This document shows, in pieces, positions 1-6,812 of a stretch of DNA of 36,406 nucleotides. Positions within the stretch are counted from its first letter, which is position 1. Every line of letters begins with the position of its first letter. The DNA is taken from IMG/VR virus record IMGVR_UViG_3300011336_000391, positions 1 to 36,406 of that record; one strand, given 5' to 3'. A model generated the notes under the pieces. The model was given only the letters and a program-made list of their open reading frames with translations. It had not been told where the DNA came from and did no database searches. Origin of the DNA: a virus. Its lineage: Duplodnaviria; Caudoviricetes. The translations under genes were made by a program, and so were the position numbers.

Positions 1-110
1 CGATGGGAATATTTTTCTCATCCTTTTTTATGTATTCAGACGCCATCAAAAGATTTCCTATGTCACCCTTGACAGCGGCGCGATAACCTACGGCAGAACA
101 AGCACTGTAG
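1..110. repeat. Terminal direct repeat (circular overlap) with 36020-36129
   Basis: cgatgggaat...gcactgtag matches 36020 onward with one mismatch (pos 13 T vs 36032 A), then enters the variable tandem array. Confidence 0.95.
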
Positions 111-364
111 TTGCCCGAGGATGCAGCCGGGCTGTAGTTGCCCGAGGATGCAGCCGTGCTGTAGTCGCCCGAGGATGCAGCCGTGCTGGATTCGCCCGAG
201 GATGCAGCCGTGCTGGATTCGCCCGAGGATGCAGCCGTGCTGGATTCGCCACTTTTACTCTGCCCGGCCTTTTTATAAAAATCATCAAAGCCAGTGGTTG
301 CTATTCCAAAAACGTCCTGTAACGCTTCAATTTCAATCTCGGCTTGGTTTTTTTCTTTTTTCAT
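1..364 (-). CDS. 5' part of a phage protein with 9-aa G(E/D/N)(S/Y)S(T/P)AASS tandem repeats; runs off the window edge; same gene as 35550-36406
   Basis: Manual translation from the ATG at 364: MKKEKNQAEIEIEALQDVFGIATTGFDDFYKKAGQSKS-(GESSTAASS)x3-GDYSTAASS-GNYSPAASS-GNYSACSAVGYRAAVKGDIGNLLMASEYIKKDEK. Open to position 1. GGAG Shine-Dalgarno upstream. Not in the ORF track because it has no stop in the window. Confidence 0.85.
   Translation of the reverse strand, partial: MKKEKNQAEIEIEALQDVFGIATTGFDDFYKKAGQSKSGESSTAASSGESSTAASSGESSTAASSGDYSTAASSGNYSPAASSGNYSACSAVGYRAAVKGDIGNLLMASEYIKKDEKNIPI
104..250. repeat. 27-bp coding tandem repeat, 5 full units plus a partial unit (copy 1)
   Basis: Unit cgaggatgcagccgtgctg(t/g)a(g/t)t(t/c)gcc repeated head-to-tail with no spacers. 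Confidence 0.95.
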
Positions 365-366
365 AA

Positions 367-594
367 CTATTTCACTCCTATATTCCAAAGGTCAGCAATG
401 ATAATCGCCGCCTCACGTTGCGTGTATTTCTTTGGCTTCCTGTCTTGCTCCATTAACTCATCGGTTAATTTTCCAAGCTGGTCGGCCTCCTCCACGTCAT
501 AGCCATGCTGTGAGGTGTAGGAATAAACCGCCAACCAGAAGAAGAGGGACAGCGCGATGACAAAAACAATAGGGTGGTTCAGGGCTTTCATCAT
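367..594 (-). CDS. Hypothetical protein with N-terminal transmembrane helix
   Basis: 75-aa ORF, hydrophobic IVFVIALSLFFWLAVYSY, start overlaps the stop of 591-884. Confidence 0.7.
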   Translation of the reverse strand: MMKALNHPIVFVIALSLFFWLAVYSYTSQHGYDVEEADQLGKLTDELMEQDRKPKKYTQREAAIIIADLWNIGVK

Positions 595-884
595 AACGCC
601 CCCTTGGTTGATTCGTTAAGCGATCTTAGAAATTTGGTGAAATAATCTTCATACCGGTATTTGTCGCGGTTAGCGGCAATTTCCTTAATGCTTTCAAATA
701 ACGCATCACCCATCGATGGTTCGCGCTTCGGCTCAACATCGAAAGGCTCAGAGTTATATGCCCAGCCCTTTTTAAGAGCCTCACGAGCTACGAAATCAGA
801 AACATCATATTCTTGACCCTTAAGAAAACGCTGAACAGTTTTGCCATCGCCTATTCTTCTGGTAGCTATAAACGTAATTTTCAT
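591..884 (-). CDS. Hypothetical protein, first gene of the leftward operon
   Basis: 97-aa ORF, AAGGGG SD, just downstream of the leftward promoter. Confidence 0.75.
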   Translation of the reverse strand: MKITFIATRRIGDGKTVQRFLKGQEYDVSDFVAREALKKGWAYNSEPFDVEPKREPSMGDALFESIKEIAANRDKYRYEDYFTKFLRSLNESTKGAL

Positions 885-911
885 AAATTCCCCTTTCGTG
901 TTGATTTAGGC

Positions 912-940
912 AGTGTACAGAATTCTAAACATGATGTCAA
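912..940 (-). promoter_or_regulatory. Leftward sigma70 promoter (PL-like)
   Basis: Minus strand TTGACA (940-935), 17 nt, TACACT (917-912). Confidence 0.75.
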
Positions 941-984
941 CAGGGGAAAATGAAATAAATGTACAAAATAACAAACAAAGCGCC

Positions 985-1013
985 TTGACATTGTTTTTAC
1001 TAGGGTTTATTGT
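985..1013 (+). promoter_or_regulatory. Rightward sigma70 promoter (PR-like), probably giving a leaderless mRNA
   Basis: TTGACA (985-990), 17 nt, TATTGT (1008-1013); ATG at 1021 follows 7 nt later with no SD. Confidence 0.7.
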
Positions 1014-1020
1014 GATTATT

Positions 1021-1215
1021 ATGAAATTACGTGAATATTTTGACACTAATAAGATAAACATTTCCGACTTTGCCAAAAGCGTGGGCTGTGGCCGTACAAC
1101 GATTTATAACATCATGAATGGCGTGGGAATGCCTAATGCGCGTATTGTTGCCGCGATTGAGCGGGAGACAAAACGCAAGGTTAGGATGGAAGATATAGAG
1201 CAGATTTATGATTAA
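1021..1215 (+). CDS. Cro-like XRE helix-turn-helix regulator
   Basis: MKLREYFDTNKINISDFAKSVGCGRTTIYNIMNGVGMPNARIVAAIE is a typical HTH_3/Cro pattern; start placed at 1021 rather than 913. Confidence 0.8.
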   Translation: MKLREYFDTNKINISDFAKSVGCGRTTIYNIMNGVGMPNARIVAAIERETKRKVRMEDIEQIYD

Positions 1216-1333
1216 TTAAGGAATCTCCGGCATCTTGCTTGCCTATACTACTGGTTATCCCCACCAGTGAGATAAAACGGGGAATAGCCGCTAATAAGAG
1301 CGGGAAGGATACGGGATTAAACATGGGGAAGTA

Positions 1334-1483
1334 ATGAACCAGCAAATGCAGGCCGAGGAAGATTATATCTTACACCTGAACAGGTGGAACAAAGAAGCAA
1401 AGCCCGATCCTCGACAGTTCATCAAGGGCATCCCATACAAAATAGTAAATCTACCAGCTCCGAGAATTAAGGTATTTGCATGA
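1334..1483 (+). CDS. Small hypothetical protein (49 aa)
   Basis: GGGGAAG SD, MNQQMQAEEDYILHLNRW..., ATGA overlap with the next ORF. Confidence 0.55.
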   Translation: MNQQMQAEEDYILHLNRWNKEAKPDPRQFIKGIPYKIVNLPAPRIKVFA

Positions 1484-1725
1484 CTGACGACTCAATATTA
1501 GAGGAAATTTATCAGTATTGTCCGGGCGGCATTACGATAGAGCCGCATAATCCAAATATTCCCGGAAGCAATGTCCGACTAATGGCGCAAGCATCTATAA
1601 AACATGCTAATGGCGAATATCAATATGCCAAACTTTATATATGCAGAAAGACACTGACCGAAACGCTTGAAGCCGCTAGACATATGATAAGTGGCTACAA
1701 ATCTCTCGTGGAAAGTGCGCCATGA
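1480..1725 (+). CDS. Hypothetical protein
   Basis: 81-aa ORF with ATGA coupling at both ends. Confidence 0.65.
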   Translation: MTDDSILEEIYQYCPGGITIEPHNPNIPGSNVRLMAQASIKHANGEYQYAKLYICRKTLTETLEAARHMISGYKSLVESAP

Positions 1726-1835
1726 CTGACGCGGGGTTTTTCTTTGCCTTTTATGGCGCTCTCATTGTCTGCCTTGGCCTTTTCCTTTGGTATATCGAAA
1801 CTCAGATTCCGCACCAATGGGATGATATGGAATGA
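1722..1835 (+). CDS. Small membrane peptide (37 aa)
   Basis: MTDAGFFFAFYGALIVCLGLFLWYIE...; ATGA overlaps at both ends. Confidence 0.5.
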   Translation: MTDAGFFFAFYGALIVCLGLFLWYIETQIPHQWDDME

Positions 1836-2122
1836 GTCGGGCTAAGGATAAGAAATTCCGTGAATGGGTAAGCCGCCAGCCTTCATGCATCAGTGGTGGA
1901 TATAGCGAGTGGGTCAATGGCGAGGGCAGAAACATAGCTTGCCATGTTCGCCGGGTTTCCCGTGGCGCTGGAACCGGAATTAAACCCCTATTCTCATGCG
2001 TGCCGATGACGAACGAAGAACACATGAACACCCACATGTATGGAGAGGATTATTATCACACCCCGGAGTGGTTCGAGAAACGCGCAGATGAATATCTTGC
2101 AATGTGGGAGCGTCTGCAATGA
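1832..2122 (+). CDS. DUF968-like putative HNH-fold nuclease (nin-region type)
   Basis: FREWVSRQPSCISG...ACHVRR...GAGTGIKP..SCVPMTNEEH pattern. Confidence 0.65.
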   Translation: MSRAKDKKFREWVSRQPSCISGGYSEWVNGEGRNIACHVRRVSRGAGTGIKPLFSCVPMTNEEHMNTHMYGEDYYHTPEWFEKRADEYLAMWERLQ

Positions 2123-2472
2123 GCTATATCATCCACATCCCAAATTGGCATCCAACAAGCGATAACAAGCTGCAAAGCTCACACTGGACAGCCTCAAGGC
2201 AAATGAAGAACGTGGATACACAGATGATCCGCGTCTATGCCCATAAGCTCAACATACCCCCTGCAACCGGACGCAGACAAGTAGAGATAATTCTTTACGC
2301 GCAGGGAAGGGGAAGAAGGCCAGACCCCACCAATTACTACAAAAGCACCATGGACGCGCTTAACAATGGGAAACTACTGATTGATGACTCCCAAAAATGG
2401 ATGGAGCATTTACCCACCAAGATAATGCCCGGGAAGAAGGCCACAACCATCATCCTTACGGATTTGCCATGA
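2119..2472 (+). CDS. rusA: RusA-like Holliday junction resolvase
   Basis: RRPDPTNYYKSTMDAL...LLIDDS matches the RusA DxDN..K...DAL...DD pattern; ATG overlaps the upstream stop. Confidence 0.7.
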   Translation: MSYIIHIPNWHPTSDNKLQSSHWTASRQMKNVDTQMIRVYAHKLNIPPATGRRQVEIILYAQGRGRRPDPTNYYKSTMDALNNGKLLIDDSQKWMEHLPTKIMPGKKATTIILTDLP

Positions 2473-2560
2473 TCCCCTTCCTCTACTGGCTGGACTTCTG
2501 GCAGGCCTATTTCTCTCCAAGGCAATGCATCATCCTTGAGTTTCGCAGGCTCAAGTGAGT

Positions 2561-2600
2561 GGTGACTGGCCTCTGCCCTGTGAGGGGCAGGCCAGTCACT
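2561..2600 (+). terminator. Strong GC-rich hairpin, possible terminator or processing site
   Basis: gtgactggc(ct)ctgccc-tgtgag-gggcaggccagtcac, ~15-bp stem with a 2-nt bulge; no clear U-tract. Confidence 0.45.
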
Positions 2601-2619
2601 GTAAGATTTCAATATGATC

Positions 2620-2648
2620 TTGCATTCAGAATCTAAGGAGAGTATAAA
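2620..2648 (+). promoter_or_regulatory. Sigma70 promoter upstream of the HNH/structured region
   Basis: TTGCAT (2620-2625), 17 nt, TATAAA (2643-2648). Confidence 0.65.
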
Positions 2649-2696
2649 TAAAACAGTCTGTAGGCGGGAGTCCTCTTAACACAAAAAGAGGATGAT

Positions 2697-3077
2697 ATGA
2701 CTTGCAAAGAATTAGACAGACTTAAATCAAAACGACGCCGTGAATACCTCAAGAAAGAAATTGTAAAGCTAAAGTCATCTCCATGCGTGGATTGCGGAGA
2801 AACCTATCCGTTCTACGTTATGGATTTCGACCACAGACCCGGCACTAATAAGTCTTTTGCACTGAGCAGGGGATTATATGAAAAACGCCCTCTCAGCGTA
2901 CTATTAGAAGAAATAGCTAAATGCGATTTGGTTTGTGCTAATTGCCATAGAGCAAGAACTTATCAAAGATCAATAATGTTATTGCCAACAAAACATAAAA
3001 ATGACATAAAAGAAAATGCCCACGCACAGATGGTTCTGCCGTGGGCTTATTCAGTCAGTAGAAGCTGTCCTGAATAG
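2697..3077 (+). CDS. HNH endonuclease (Zn-binding)
   Basis: PCVDCG...MDFDHRPG.NK...EIAKCDLVCANCHRART; AGAGGA SD. Confidence 0.85.
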   Translation: MTCKELDRLKSKRRREYLKKEIVKLKSSPCVDCGETYPFYVMDFDHRPGTNKSFALSRGLYEKRPLSVLLEEIAKCDLVCANCHRARTYQRSIMLLPTKHKNDIKENAHAQMVLPWAYSVSRSCPE

Positions 3078-3393
3078 ATGATTAACCTTTGCATAACATG
3101 CATAAAAAAGCAATCATTAAATCAGCTTCTCCCTCCCTGAACAAACGGAGGCAAAACACTGTTCTAACGATGGGAGTCTCACCCGCTCCTCCTGACGCTC
3201 GAAGCAGAGCCAAGGAATATACGGAAATGCGTACTGTGTTAAACTATAGCCATCTGGCGGCGATATACCAGAACAGGGCGAGTAAGCTGTCTCGTAGTAT
3301 CTTTCAAGGGTACTAGCAAAACGGTTCCGGTAAACATCGTCAGTTGCTTCGCCTCATGCCGTATCTGTATCCACAGGGGCTTTACGGGTGACG
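3018..3393 (+). ncRNA. Candidate large structured non-coding RNA (may begin at ~2655 and enclose the HNH ORF)
   Basis: Near-continuous hairpins: 3018-3046, 3048-3076, 3078-3117, 3132-3151, 3197-3210, 3253-3272, 3279-3294, 3295-3315, nested 3338-3393; no credible ORF after 3077. Confidence 0.45.
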
Positions 3394-3481
3394 GGCTATT
3401 GTCCAGAATTAAAACGGAATATTGTGTAATTAAATAAACATTGCGGTTGAATATAATCAAAACTTATGCTATGGGAAATCT

Positions 3482-3616
3482 ATGAGGAAAAAACCACCAC
3501 CAGAGGTTGTTTACAAGAAGAAACGCCCTGTTGCGTCTGAGAAGGTGAGTGTCGGAAAGACTCTTTTTGCTGAGGGATTCCAAGCAAGATTATCAGCAAA
3601 GCCTAAGAAACCATGA
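3482..3616 (+). CDS. Small basic hypothetical protein (44 aa)
   Basis: MRKKPPPEVVYKKKRP...; ATGA overlap with the next ORF. Confidence 0.5.
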   Translation: MRKKPPPEVVYKKKRPVASEKVSVGKTLFAEGFQARLSAKPKKP

Positions 3617-3828
3617 GCAAATCAATCATAGACGAAGCCAATCCTTGTAAAGAATGCAAGGGAATTAAATTTTACAAAGTAACCCACACATGCATTTCCT
3701 GTACGGCAAGGAAAAGAAGGCTAAAATCCATTGTTGATGGGGTTATTAGAAATAACGAAACTAGAACAAAAAGCGAACATTTCAAAGCAAGGGAATCTTT
3801 TATCATGAAAGATGTTTGGTATCTATGA
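3613..3828 (+). CDS. Small zinc-finger-like protein
   Basis: CKEC...CISC, 71 aa. Confidence 0.6.
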   Translation: MSKSIIDEANPCKECKGIKFYKVTHTCISCTARKRRLKSIVDGVIRNNETRTKSEHFKARESFIMKDVWYL

Positions 3829-4535
3829 ACCTATCTAAAACCAACGCAGACAGGCTGCTGCCCACTCAAATAAGCGAGGAGTACCGTGGCGAGCCGGGGG
3901 AATACATCAACAGGCTTGAAGCCTTTACAACCTCGGTATTGGGTCATAAAGAATGGGACATTAAATTAAAAGATGGGGTGACTTACGCAAGCCTTGGGAC
4001 GGAAATCGGGACGCTGAATTTCTACCAAATGCTTATTACAATCGGCGGTTATCGGGATGTTTTAGAGCTTGGGACATACATAGGGGTTTCGGCCATGTAT
4101 CTTGCGGAGGCCTGTTTGGGTGAGGTGACGACAGTCGAAGCGGGTGAGGAGTTTTATCACATTGCAAAAGAGAATTTTGAGAGAAACAATCAGGCGATCA
4201 ATTTAATCCATGGTGATGCACTCGAAACGCTTAAATCTCTGCAAGGAAAGAAGTTTGATTTTATCCTGATGGATGCCGCGAAAGAGCTTTATGCAGAAAT
4301 GCTCCCCTATGCTTTGAATTGCCTCACCTCCCACGGAACTCTGGTGATTGATGACGTGTTCTTTCAAGGCGATACATTGAACGACACCGCGCACACAGAA
4401 AAAGGGCGCGGTGTTAAACAAGCCATTGAGGATATTAAATTAAATAATGATTATAAAAAGGTCATTCTGCCTTTAGGGAATGGGTTGATGCTGGTGACTA
4501 AAAAGCCTAATGAGTGGGTTGGTCATGCAAATTGA
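3825..4535 (+). CDS. SAM-dependent O-methyltransferase (COMT/CCoAOMT/YrrM-like)
   Basis: VLELGTYIGVSAMYLA (motif I), IHGDALETL, FDFILMDAAK, GTLVIDDV, ILPLGNGLML; ATG overlaps the upstream TGA. Confidence 0.88.
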   Translation: MNLSKTNADRLLPTQISEEYRGEPGEYINRLEAFTTSVLGHKEWDIKLKDGVTYASLGTEIGTLNFYQMLITIGGYRDVLELGTYIGVSAMYLAEACLGEVTTVEAGEEFYHIAKENFERNNQAINLIHGDALETLKSLQGKKFDFILMDAAKELYAEMLPYALNCLTSHGTLVIDDVFFQGDTLNDTAHTEKGRGVKQAIEDIKLNNDYKKVILPLGNGLMLVTKKPNEWVGHAN

Positions 4536-5910
4536 AATGCGAACTGACATTGAAATCTACCAAGAGATCATGAACGACATTGACACCCACACAGGGGTCA
4601 CTGGAAACGCTATGCCGCGCTATGATAGCTTTCCCTACCCTCAGAGGCTCATTGTGCTAAGTGAGATGCTCCGCGCGCATACGCTGAGGCATATAGGGGA
4701 TGTTAAGCGATACCTAAGCATTCAGGATGAGATCATGGCGCTCGATCCAAGCATGGAAGCTCCACCGGTGTATAAAATCATGCAGTGGTTAGACTCTGAG
4801 ATGGATGCCATCAAACCAGTCACGGGTGAGCGCGATGTCGTTGTGTTGTCCCTTCTGGTGTTTGGCGAGAAATACGTTCAAAGGTTTATTAAATACGCCC
4901 TAAAGTCTCTCATGGCGTTTGAAAACCTCCCATGCCTTGCGGTCTCAAAGCGGGTGATATTTTACATCCAAACCGATGAAGCCAGTAGGGAATTAATCGA
5001 GGCCGCACCGATTGTTAAGGCGATAAAAGCTTTGGGGATAAGTTTTGATTATACCATCATCCCGGAAGATGTGATAGAAACCCTGCAGGGTGACACGACC
5101 TACTGGATGCTTGGGGCGGGGGCGAGTCTAGGGGTTCACTACGCCAAGGCCTTACGCGGGGTGTTTCATCATTGCTTCCCTGATATGGTTTACAGCGAAA
5201 GATTCTTCAGTGAGTTATTGAGGCTCTCAAAGGAGCATAAATCAATTCTCTGCGGGGGGATGCGCTCTGATGAGACTTTGATTGAGAAATACCTTAAATG
5301 TTATGAAAACGATGTTTCACTAAGCATTCCGGCGAGTGATTTAATTTCTCATCACATGAATAACCTGCATTTGGTTGCATGGCCTTACGTGGTGAACAAT
5401 CGACAGTTTGACTGGCAATATCCACAGAATCATATTCTAATCTGGGAGTCGGAAGGTACGATTACCATCAACGGCCCCCATCTTAACCCAATTTGGCTAG
5501 ATTATTCAGTCATTAAGGATTTGCCAAACCGCTTTTATTGGACATTGGACAGTGAATTGGATATGATTTGCAAGGGTGAGGATTTTTATATTCCGCAAGA
5601 GTATGACGACCTTTATCAAGCAGAGATCAGCGAGCCAAATAGGGCTTTCGTATGTGATAATTACAGCCACGCCATTGCATTTGCCCAGAATTTATGGACG
5701 TGCATAGCGCACAGGGATATGTTAAAATTCTTCCTCAGAGGAAACCGAATTAAGTTAAATAAAGACATTCGAGTTTGTAATAACCCAATGGATAAAAGCC
5801 AGATTGAAGCAGAAAGTGTGTTTTTGTATAATACTCTTTTAGCAACAGACCCTTATCAATACAGACAGACCGCTCTAGAGAGAACCCACGCAGGAAAAAT
5901 CTATGGGTAG
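4510..5910 (+). CDS. Glycosyltransferase-like (probable GT-A fold) protein
   Basis: LLVFGEKYVQRF..YALKSLMA.ENLP.L...FYIQTD and HHCFPDMVY resemble nucleotide-sugar transferase folds; start may be 4525. Confidence 0.5.
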   Translation: MSGLVMQIEMRTDIEIYQEIMNDIDTHTGVTGNAMPRYDSFPYPQRLIVLSEMLRAHTLRHIGDVKRYLSIQDEIMALDPSMEAPPVYKIMQWLDSEMDAIKPVTGERDVVVLSLLVFGEKYVQRFIKYALKSLMAFENLPCLAVSKRVIFYIQTDEASRELIEAAPIVKAIKALGISFDYTIIPEDVIETLQGDTTYWMLGAGASLGVHYAKALRGVFHHCFPDMVYSERFFSELLRLSKEHKSILCGGMRSDETLIEKYLKCYENDVSLSIPASDLISHHMNNLHLVAWPYVVNNRQFDWQYPQNHILIWESEGTITINGPHLNPIWLDYSVIKDLPNRFYWTLDSELDMICKGEDFYIPQEYDDLYQAEISEPNRAFVCDNYSHAIAFAQNLWTCIAHRDMLKFFLRGNRIKLNKDIRVCNNPMDKSQIEAESVFLYNTLLATDPYQYRQTALERTHAGKIYG

Positions 5911-5928
5911 GATTGTTAGGAAAATTGT

Positions 5929-6348
5929 ATGACTTGGGATTTAACACCGGAACTCGAAAATGAAATAATCACCGGCCTAGAAAACGGCATGGGATTACTC
6001 AAATGGTGTGAAGGCAAGGGAAGGCCAAGCCGATCTACTGTATTGAGGTGGCAACGTGATAATAAAGATTTTGGAGCAAAGTGCGCGCACGCACGCGAGG
6101 CCGCTGGGGAATTAGCTGCAGAAGAACACTACGAAGTGACAAAAGGCTGTCTAGCTGGGGAAATCCCACCTGATGTTGCCGGGCGTGTCTTAAGCGCAAT
6201 GCAATGGCGGGCTGCAAAGCTAGCTAGTAAGACATTTGGCGATTCCACCACATTAAAGGGCGATCCTGAGAACCCTCTATATGATATTGTCACCTTGGTT
6301 ACTGCACTAGACGGTAAAAGCTCGGGATTGCCAAAAATAGGGGAATGA
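5929..6348 (+). CDS. terS: Terminase small subunit (Sf6 gp1-like)
   Basis: PSRSTVLRWQ...F...CAHARE HTH and QWRAAKL.SK.FGD; upstream of TerL. Confidence 0.8.
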   Translation: MTWDLTPELENEIITGLENGMGLLKWCEGKGRPSRSTVLRWQRDNKDFGAKCAHAREAAGELAAEEHYEVTKGCLAGEIPPDVAGRVLSAMQWRAAKLASKTFGDSTTLKGDPENPLYDIVTLVTALDGKSSGLPKIGE

Positions 6349-6352
6349 TGCC

Positions 6353-6589
6353 ATGCCATGTAACCAATATGTATTTATAGACCGTATGTTAGACGATGAA
6401 AGGTTTAACGAGGGGATTAGAAAGCCCGTTATAGCTTCATTGCGGCATAATGGGTGTTCGGGAGACGTGGTTGTTGTTGACGCTCAGCTTGACTATTCCA
6501 CGCATGAATTGAAGCTGTGTTTACGGTGTGATGATGAAAAGTGTTTTCCCGAGAAAAACGCTATTAGGACGCTGGAAACGCCATTGTGA
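6353..6589 (+). CDS. Hypothetical protein between terS and terL
   Basis: 78-aa ORF with GGGG SD. Confidence 0.55.
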   Translation: MPCNQYVFIDRMLDDERFNEGIRKPVIASLRHNGCSGDVVVVDAQLDYSTHELKLCLRCDDEKCFPEKNAIRTLETPL

Positions 6590-6611
6590 AAGTCGAATAA
6601 CCGAGGGACAA

Positions 6612-6812
6612 ATGACAGAAATATCAGAAGTAGCGCAACCGGGTGAATCAACAGAAGAACACAAACAAAGGTTAAAAGATAAAATTGAAAACCTTGGCTT
6701 AAAATTCGAGGATTTTGAACTTATTCATTTTGATTTGCAAACCGGTATGAATACATACACCGATGACCCTGTTAAAAAAGAGAGAAAAAGGCAATTTTAT
6801 AGCTTAAAATGA
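6612..6812 (+). CDS. Hypothetical protein between terS and terL
   Basis: GAGGG SD before the ATG at 6612; ATGA overlap with terL. Confidence 0.6.
   Translation: MTEISEVAQPGESTEEHKQRLKDKIENLGLKFEDFELIHFDLQTGMNTYTDDPVKKERKRQFYSLK

Noticed and set aside
104-250. Left and right repeat copies as a DGR template/variable repeat pair
   Set aside because: No reverse transcriptase or Avd gene is visible, the copies are the same locus at a circular overlap, and unit number differs, which points to slippage or recombination.
88-366. Track ORFs 88-288 (-) and 121-366 (+)
   Set aside because: They are alternative frames of the tandem repeat; the frame from 364 has an SD and joins the C-terminal domain seen at the right end.
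913-1020. N-terminal extension of the Cro-like ORF in the track
   Set aside because: It spans both promoters; the HTH domain starts at the ATG at 1021.
2655-3420. Canonical group I intron or IscB/HEARO element
   Set aside because: I could not find group I P7 core sequences or an interrupted host gene, and the ORF is a short HNH without RuvC or PLMP segments. Not formally excluded without an Infernal search.
3089-3460. Track ORFs 3089-3316 (+) and 3239-3460 (-)
   Set aside because: TTG starts, no SD, no motifs, and they overlap the hairpin-dense region.
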